The translations under genes and the position numbers were made by a program. From positions 20,392 through 84,391 of the forward strand of contig NCEA01000012.1 of NCBI GenBank assembly GCA_002280515.1: a stretch of DNA of 64,000 bases, read 5' to 3'. This DNA is from Rhodobacterales bacterium 32-67-9. Its GTDB lineage: Bacteria; Pseudomonadota; Alphaproteobacteria; Rhodobacterales; Rhodobacteraceae. Under the pieces are notes generated by a model. It worked only from the letters and a program-made list of their open reading frames with translations. It was not told the origin of the DNA and ran no database searches. Below, piece after piece: positions 59,792-64,000 of the stretch; positions within the stretch are counted from its first letter, which is position 1, and each line of letters opens with the position of its first letter.

Positions 59792-61345
59792 TCACCGGAA
59801 ATAGATGTTGTAGTCGGCCCGGATCGCCGCGTCGAGTTGCGGGTCCAGCTGAAACCCCGCCTTGGCCAGGATGTCGTTCTTGCGCGCGATGGCCTTGTCG
59901 AGAAGCATCGGCCGGCCGGCCTCCACCCACTCCTTCGGGCTCATCCGGTTGCCGATGGCAGGGTAGATGTATTCCGTCTGCATCAACGCCAGCGTCTGGT
60001 CGGAGCCAAGGTAGTGCCCCGGCCCGCCAAGACAGACCGCCTTCATCGCCTCGATGGAGGTTGAATCCTCGGTCACGTCGATGCCGCGCACCGTGCGCAA
60101 CACCTGGCCAAGGATATCGTCGCCAAGCACCAGCGATTCGAGGCAGAAGCCGAGAAGCGAGGCATGCATCCCGACCGCCTCGTAGGCCATGTTGAGGCCC
60201 GAAAGCCCGGCAAGCGTATTGGTGATCGCCTGTTCCCAGCCGGCCTGCATGTCGGGAAGTTTGCTGTCGGAAATCCCGGCGGCGGCGCCGCCCGGCAGGT
60301 TGTAGAAGCGGTGCATCTGCGCGCAGCCCGCCGTCAGCAGCGCCTGCTCCGCCGAACCTCCAGACATGGCGCCGGTCCTGAGGTCCGACACGAAAGGCCA
60401 GGTCCCGAAGATCGCCGGATGACCCGGCGCCATCGCGTTCACATAGACGACGCCGGCAAGGCATTCCGCCATCGCCTGCACGATGGCGAGTGCGATCGGC
60501 GCCGGCGCCGTCGCACCCGCCTGGCCGGCACTGAGCAGCAGCACCGGCATCCCGCCCCGGATGCACTTCTCCATCGTCACGCAGCTTTCCTCGGCGAACT
60601 TCATCGGCGGCACGACGAAACAGTTGGAGTTTGAGATGAAGGGCCGCGCCCGCCACGCCTCTTCGCCCCCCGCGATGCGGTGGATCATCTCGAAACAGGG
60701 CTCCACATGCGACGGGTCGCTGAACGAAGTGCCGACGTGTTTCGACGTCCCCGCGCAGCAGGCGTAGATCGTGTTGAGGTCCATCTCCAGATTGTCGAGC
60801 ACGTCGCGGGCCACCATGGCCCGTTGGAAAAAGTGCACGTTGTCGAGGTGATGGGTGATCCGCGCCGCGTCGAAAAGGTCCTGCGCGGTCGAATCGCGAT
60901 ACGTATTCGTTTCCAGATCGACGATATGCACGGCCGCACCGGCCGTGCCGAAATGCACATTTGTGCCGGACAGGTGCAGGTCGTATTTCGGATCGCGCGC
61001 GCGAAGCGTGATATCCCGCGCCGCGACGGCCAGCATGTCCTCGACCAGCGCGCGGGGAAACCGGAGCCGTCCGTCATCGCCGAGGATCGCCCCTGCGCCG
61101 GTCATGATCTCCACCCCCGAAGCCGGCGCCTGGCTGAGCCCGATCACCTCCAGCGCATCGAGTGCCGCGGCATGGATCTTCGCCACCCCGGCCTCGGTCA
61201 GGGGCTTGTACTGCCCGCCCGGCAATCCGGCCCGGACCGGACGAAGGTTCTCGGCCAGCGGCGCCGCGCGCATCGCCACGCGCGCCGCCCGCCCGCCACC
61301 ACGCGCCGCCCGCCGCGGCTCACAGTTCAGTGCATCCTCTGACAT
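59792..61345 (-). CDS. Trimethylamine methyltransferase (MttB) superfamily protein, non-pyrrolysine type
   Basis: About 517 aa from ATG 61345. The continuous ORF has no internal amber codon. The pattern (...NSNCFVVPPMKFAEES..., ...SAGQAGATAPAP..., ...GPGHYLGSDQT...) fits MttB/MtgB-like TIM-barrel methyltransferases as I recall them. Confidence 0.75.
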   Translation of the reverse strand: MSEDALNCEPRRAARGGGRAARVAMRAAPLAENLRPVRAGLPGGQYKPLTEAGVAKIHAAALDALEVIGLSQAPASGVEIMTGAGAILGDDGRLRFPRALVEDMLAVAARDITLRARDPKYDLHLSGTNVHFGTAGAAVHIVDLETNTYRDSTAQDLFDAARITHHLDNVHFFQRAMVARDVLDNLEMDLNTIYACCAGTSKHVGTSFSDPSHVEPCFEMIHRIAGGEEAWRARPFISNSNCFVVPPMKFAEESCVTMEKCIRGGMPVLLLSAGQAGATAPAPIALAIVQAMAECLAGVVYVNAMAPGHPAIFGTWPFVSDLRTGAMSGGSAEQALLTAGCAQMHRFYNLPGGAAAGISDSKLPDMQAGWEQAITNTLAGLSGLNMAYEAVGMHASLLGFCLESLVLGDDILGQVLRTVRGIDVTEDSTSIEAMKAVCLGGPGHYLGSDQTLALMQTEYIYPAIGNRMSPKEWVEAGRPMLLDKAIARKNDILAKAGFQLDPQLDAAIRADYNIYFR

Positions 61346-61384
61346 CGCCGCCTCTCCCTGAAAGCCTTTGCTTTCCACTTGGTT

Positions 61385-61424
61385 CAAATATCCTCGGGGG
61401 TCCGGGGGCAGACGGCCCCCGGTT
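61385..61424 (+). repeat. REP-like intergenic element copy
   Basis: CAAATATCCTCGGGGGTCCGGGGGCAGACGGCCCCCGGTT lies between the DMGDH-like stop (61428) and the mttB-family start (61345). Confidence 0.7.
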
Positions 61425-61427
61425 CCC

Positions 61428-63872
61428 TCACATCCGCACGCGGTCCGATTTCGGGTCGTAGAGCGGCTGCAATGACGCCTCCGCCCGCACCCGGCGCCCC
61501 GCGATTTCTACCTCGTAGTCCGAGGCCAGCACATCGCCCGCGCTCTCGCCCTTGCAGGGCACATAGCCCATCCCGATCGCCGCGCCGAGGTGGTGGCCAT
61601 AAGCGCCCGAAGTCAGGTGGCTGACGATCTTGCCGTCGCGGATCAGTGGTTCGTTGTGATAGACCATCACATCCGGGTCGCTCAGCCGGAACTGCACCAG
61701 CCGCTTTTCCAACCCGGCCTCCTTCTTGCGCAGCACCGAATCGCGTCCGATGAAACCGGGCTTGGCCGTCTTCACCGCAAAACCCAGCCCGGCCTCCAGC
61801 ACATGATCCTCGCAGGTGATGTCATGGCCGAAATGGCGGAACGCCTTCTCGATCCGGCATGAGTCCATCATGTGCATGCCGCAGAGCTTCAGGTTCATCG
61901 CGCGCCCGGCCTCGCGCAAGGTCTCGAAGACATGGCCGCACATGTCGGAGGAGACATAGATCTCCCACCCAAGCTCGCCGACATAGGAGACGCGATGCAC
62001 CCGGGCGAGGCCCATGCCGATCTCGATCTCCTGCGCGGTGCCGAACGGGTTCGCCACGTTCGAGAAGTCGTCGGGGCTGACGGCCTGCATCAGTTTCCGC
62101 GCGTTTGGACCCATCACCGCCAGCACGCCCTCGGCCGCGGTCATGTCGGTCAGGACGACGCTGAACTCGCCGATATGCCGGCGCATCCAGGCCTGATCCT
62201 TTGGCCGGGTCACGGCCGGGGTCACCACCAGATAGGCGGTCTCCGACAGCCGGGTGACGGTCACGTCCGCCTCGATCCCGCCCCGCGCGTTCAGGAACTG
62301 GGTGTAGACGATCTTGCCCACCGGCACCGACATGTCGGCTCCGGAAATGTGGTTGAGAAAGGCCTCCGCATCGCGCCCTTCGACCCTGATCTTGCCGAAG
62401 GACGACATGTCGTACATGCCGACATTGCCGCGCACAGCTTTGTGCTCCTCGGCCGCGTTGCCAAACCAGTTCTGCCGGCCCCAGCTATAATCGTAATCCC
62501 GCGCCTGCCCGGACATGGCGAACCAGTTGGCCCGCTCCCAGCCGCCGATCTCGCCGAAGACGGCACCTTCGGCCTCCAGATGCGCATGGAAGGGCGTCCG
62601 CCGCACCCCGCGCGCCGTCGCTTTCTGGCGGTAGGGGAAATGATCGGCGTAAAGCAGGCCCAATGTCTCCTTCGAGCGCTCGAACAGATAGTGCCGGTTG
62701 CCCTGGAACGGCTGGTTGCGCCCGACATCGACATCGCCGAGGTCGAAGGGCTTCTCGCCCGTCTCCATCCATTCCGCGAGCGCCATCCCGGCGCCGCCCG
62801 CCGACTGGATGCCGATCGAGTTGAACCCGGCGGCGACCCAGAAATTGTCAACTTCGAGCGAGAGGCCGAGGTTGTAGGCGTCGTCGGGCGTAAAGCTCTC
62901 CGGCCCGTTGAAGAAGGTGTGGATACCCGCCTCCGCCAGCATCGGCAGGCGGTTGACGGCGCGCTCCAGGATCGGCTCGAAATGATCGAAATCCTCGGGC
63001 AGCTGGTCGAAGCAGAAGGTCTCGGGGATACCCGCCATGCCCCAGGGCTTGGCGTTAGGCTCGAACGCACCGAGCAGATACTTGCCGGCATCCTCCTTGT
63101 AATAGGCGCATTCGTCCGGCACCCGCAGCACCGGCATCTGGGTCAAGCCCGGAATTGGCTCGGTGACGATGTAGAAATGCTCGCAGGCATGAAGCGGCAC
63201 GTTGACGCCGACCATCCGGCCCACCTCGCGGCCCCACATGCCGCCGCAGTTGACGACGTGATCGGCGACGATCTCGCCGGTTTCCTCGCCTTTTGCCCAG
63301 GTGACCTTGGTCGCCCGCCGGCCCTCGACGGTGATCCCGGTGACCTTGACGCCCTCGGCTACCAGCGCGCCGCGCTGTCGGGCCCCCTTGGCGAGCGCCA
63401 GCGCGATGTTCGCAGGGTCGCCCTGCCCATCCGTGGGCAGCCAGACCCCGGCCTTCACACCCTCGATGTTCAGGTGCGGATAGCGGTCCTTGACCTCGGC
63501 CGGCGACATCTCCTCCACCGGCACCCCGAATCCCCGTGCCATCGAAGCAGAGCGGAACAACTCCTCCTTGCGCGCCTCGGTCAACGCGACCGAGACCGAC
63601 CCCACGGTCCTCATCCCGGTGGCAAGCCCGGTCTCGGCCTCCAGCCCGCGATAAAGATCGGCGGAATACTTGGCGAGCCGCGTCATGTTGGCCGAGGCAC
63701 GAAGCTGCCCGATCAACCCCGCCGCATGCCAGGTGGTGCCTGAGGTCAGCTGCTTGCGCTCCAGAAGCACGACATCGGTCCAGCCGATCTTGGTAAGGTG
63801 ATAGGCCACCGAACACCCGACGACCCCGCCGCCGATGATCACGCATTTCGCTTTTTCGGGCAGGTCAGACAC
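61428..63872 (-). CDS. Dimethylglycine/sarcosine dehydrogenase-family protein (FAD DAO domain plus folate-binding GcvT domain)
   Basis: KCVIIGGGVVGCSVAYHL...TSGTTWHAAGL is the DAO N-terminus. The C-terminal aminomethyltransferase-like domain contains YVGELGWEIY. 814 aa. Confidence 0.9.
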   Translation of the reverse strand: MSDLPEKAKCVIIGGGVVGCSVAYHLTKIGWTDVVLLERKQLTSGTTWHAAGLIGQLRASANMTRLAKYSADLYRGLEAETGLATGMRTVGSVSVALTEARKEELFRSASMARGFGVPVEEMSPAEVKDRYPHLNIEGVKAGVWLPTDGQGDPANIALALAKGARQRGALVAEGVKVTGITVEGRRATKVTWAKGEETGEIVADHVVNCGGMWGREVGRMVGVNVPLHACEHFYIVTEPIPGLTQMPVLRVPDECAYYKEDAGKYLLGAFEPNAKPWGMAGIPETFCFDQLPEDFDHFEPILERAVNRLPMLAEAGIHTFFNGPESFTPDDAYNLGLSLEVDNFWVAAGFNSIGIQSAGGAGMALAEWMETGEKPFDLGDVDVGRNQPFQGNRHYLFERSKETLGLLYADHFPYRQKATARGVRRTPFHAHLEAEGAVFGEIGGWERANWFAMSGQARDYDYSWGRQNWFGNAAEEHKAVRGNVGMYDMSSFGKIRVEGRDAEAFLNHISGADMSVPVGKIVYTQFLNARGGIEADVTVTRLSETAYLVVTPAVTRPKDQAWMRRHIGEFSVVLTDMTAAEGVLAVMGPNARKLMQAVSPDDFSNVANPFGTAQEIEIGMGLARVHRVSYVGELGWEIYVSSDMCGHVFETLREAGRAMNLKLCGMHMMDSCRIEKAFRHFGHDITCEDHVLEAGLGFAVKTAKPGFIGRDSVLRKKEAGLEKRLVQFRLSDPDVMVYHNEPLIRDGKIVSHLTSGAYGHHLGAAIGMGYVPCKGESAGDVLASDYEVEIAGRRVRAEASLQPLYDPKSDRVRM

Positions 63873-63894
63873 TCAATTCTCCTTCATCTTGCCG

Positions 63895-63930
63895 CAAATA
63901 TCCTGGGGGTCCGGGGGTGAAACCCCCGGC
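63895..63930 (+). repeat. REP-like intergenic element copy
   Basis: CAAATATCCTGGGGGTCCGGGGGTGAAACCCCCGGC lies between the next gene's stop (63937) and the DMGDH-like start (63872). Confidence 0.7.
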
Positions 63931-63936
63931 GTCGCC

Positions 63937-64000
63937 TCAAGCCCGGATGCGCGCGTTCTCCGGATCCCAGAGCGGCCGGTCCTCCTCGACCACAGCGCGG
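63937..64000 (-). CDS. 3' end of a second DMGDH/sarcosine-dehydrogenase-like gene (partial)
   Basis: The minus-strand C-terminus ...RAVVEEDRPLWDPENARIRA* parallels the end of the neighbouring 814-aa protein (...EASLQPLYDPKSDRVRM*). Confidence 0.5.
   Translation of the reverse strand, partial: RAVVEEDRPLWDPENARIRA

Overview
G+C-rich alphaproteobacterial chromosome segment. The protein sequences (petABC cytochrome bc1, GltBD, a Hint-domain protein, a PetP/PetR-like pair) look Rhodobacteraceae-like; this is from recall only, as no search was possible. I resolve about 58 protein-coding genes or pseudogenes, 2 tRNAs (Leu-CAG, Lys-UUU), a TPP riboswitch before thiBPQ and an FMN riboswitch before ribH. 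There are also several hairpin terminators and a 4-copy REP-like intergenic element. Content is mostly core metabolism and housekeeping: a peptide ABC transporter with hyuAB and ggt, gltD-gltB, uppP, mtgA, queG, xseB-ispA-dxs, ilvE, amn, HU, aroC, thiBPQ, petABC, ribH, mtaB-dapF, rlmN, and a betaine-type demethylation cluster with an MttB-family gene. I saw no transposase, integrase, phage gene, CRISPR array or recognisable defence gene, and I did not find a convincing self-contained novel multi-gene system. Most worth a second look: (1) a Hedgehog-like Hint-domain protein with an AT-richer N-terminal module; (2) a non-pyrrolysine MttB-family methyltransferase operon with tandem DMGDH-like genes and no corrinoid partner in view; (3) four independently damaged genes whose lesions all fall on nucleotide-binding motifs: ThiQ without Walker A, a split hydantoinase-like gene, and two sulfotransferase-like pseudogenes; (4) a conserved AAATATCC-GGGGGTCCGGGGG hairpin repeat; (5) a periplasmic-type ORF translationally coupled between gltD and gltB; (6) a permease-ATPase fusion at the left edge. 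All functional calls rest on motif recognition by eye. Start codons are best guesses from SD spacing and overlaps.
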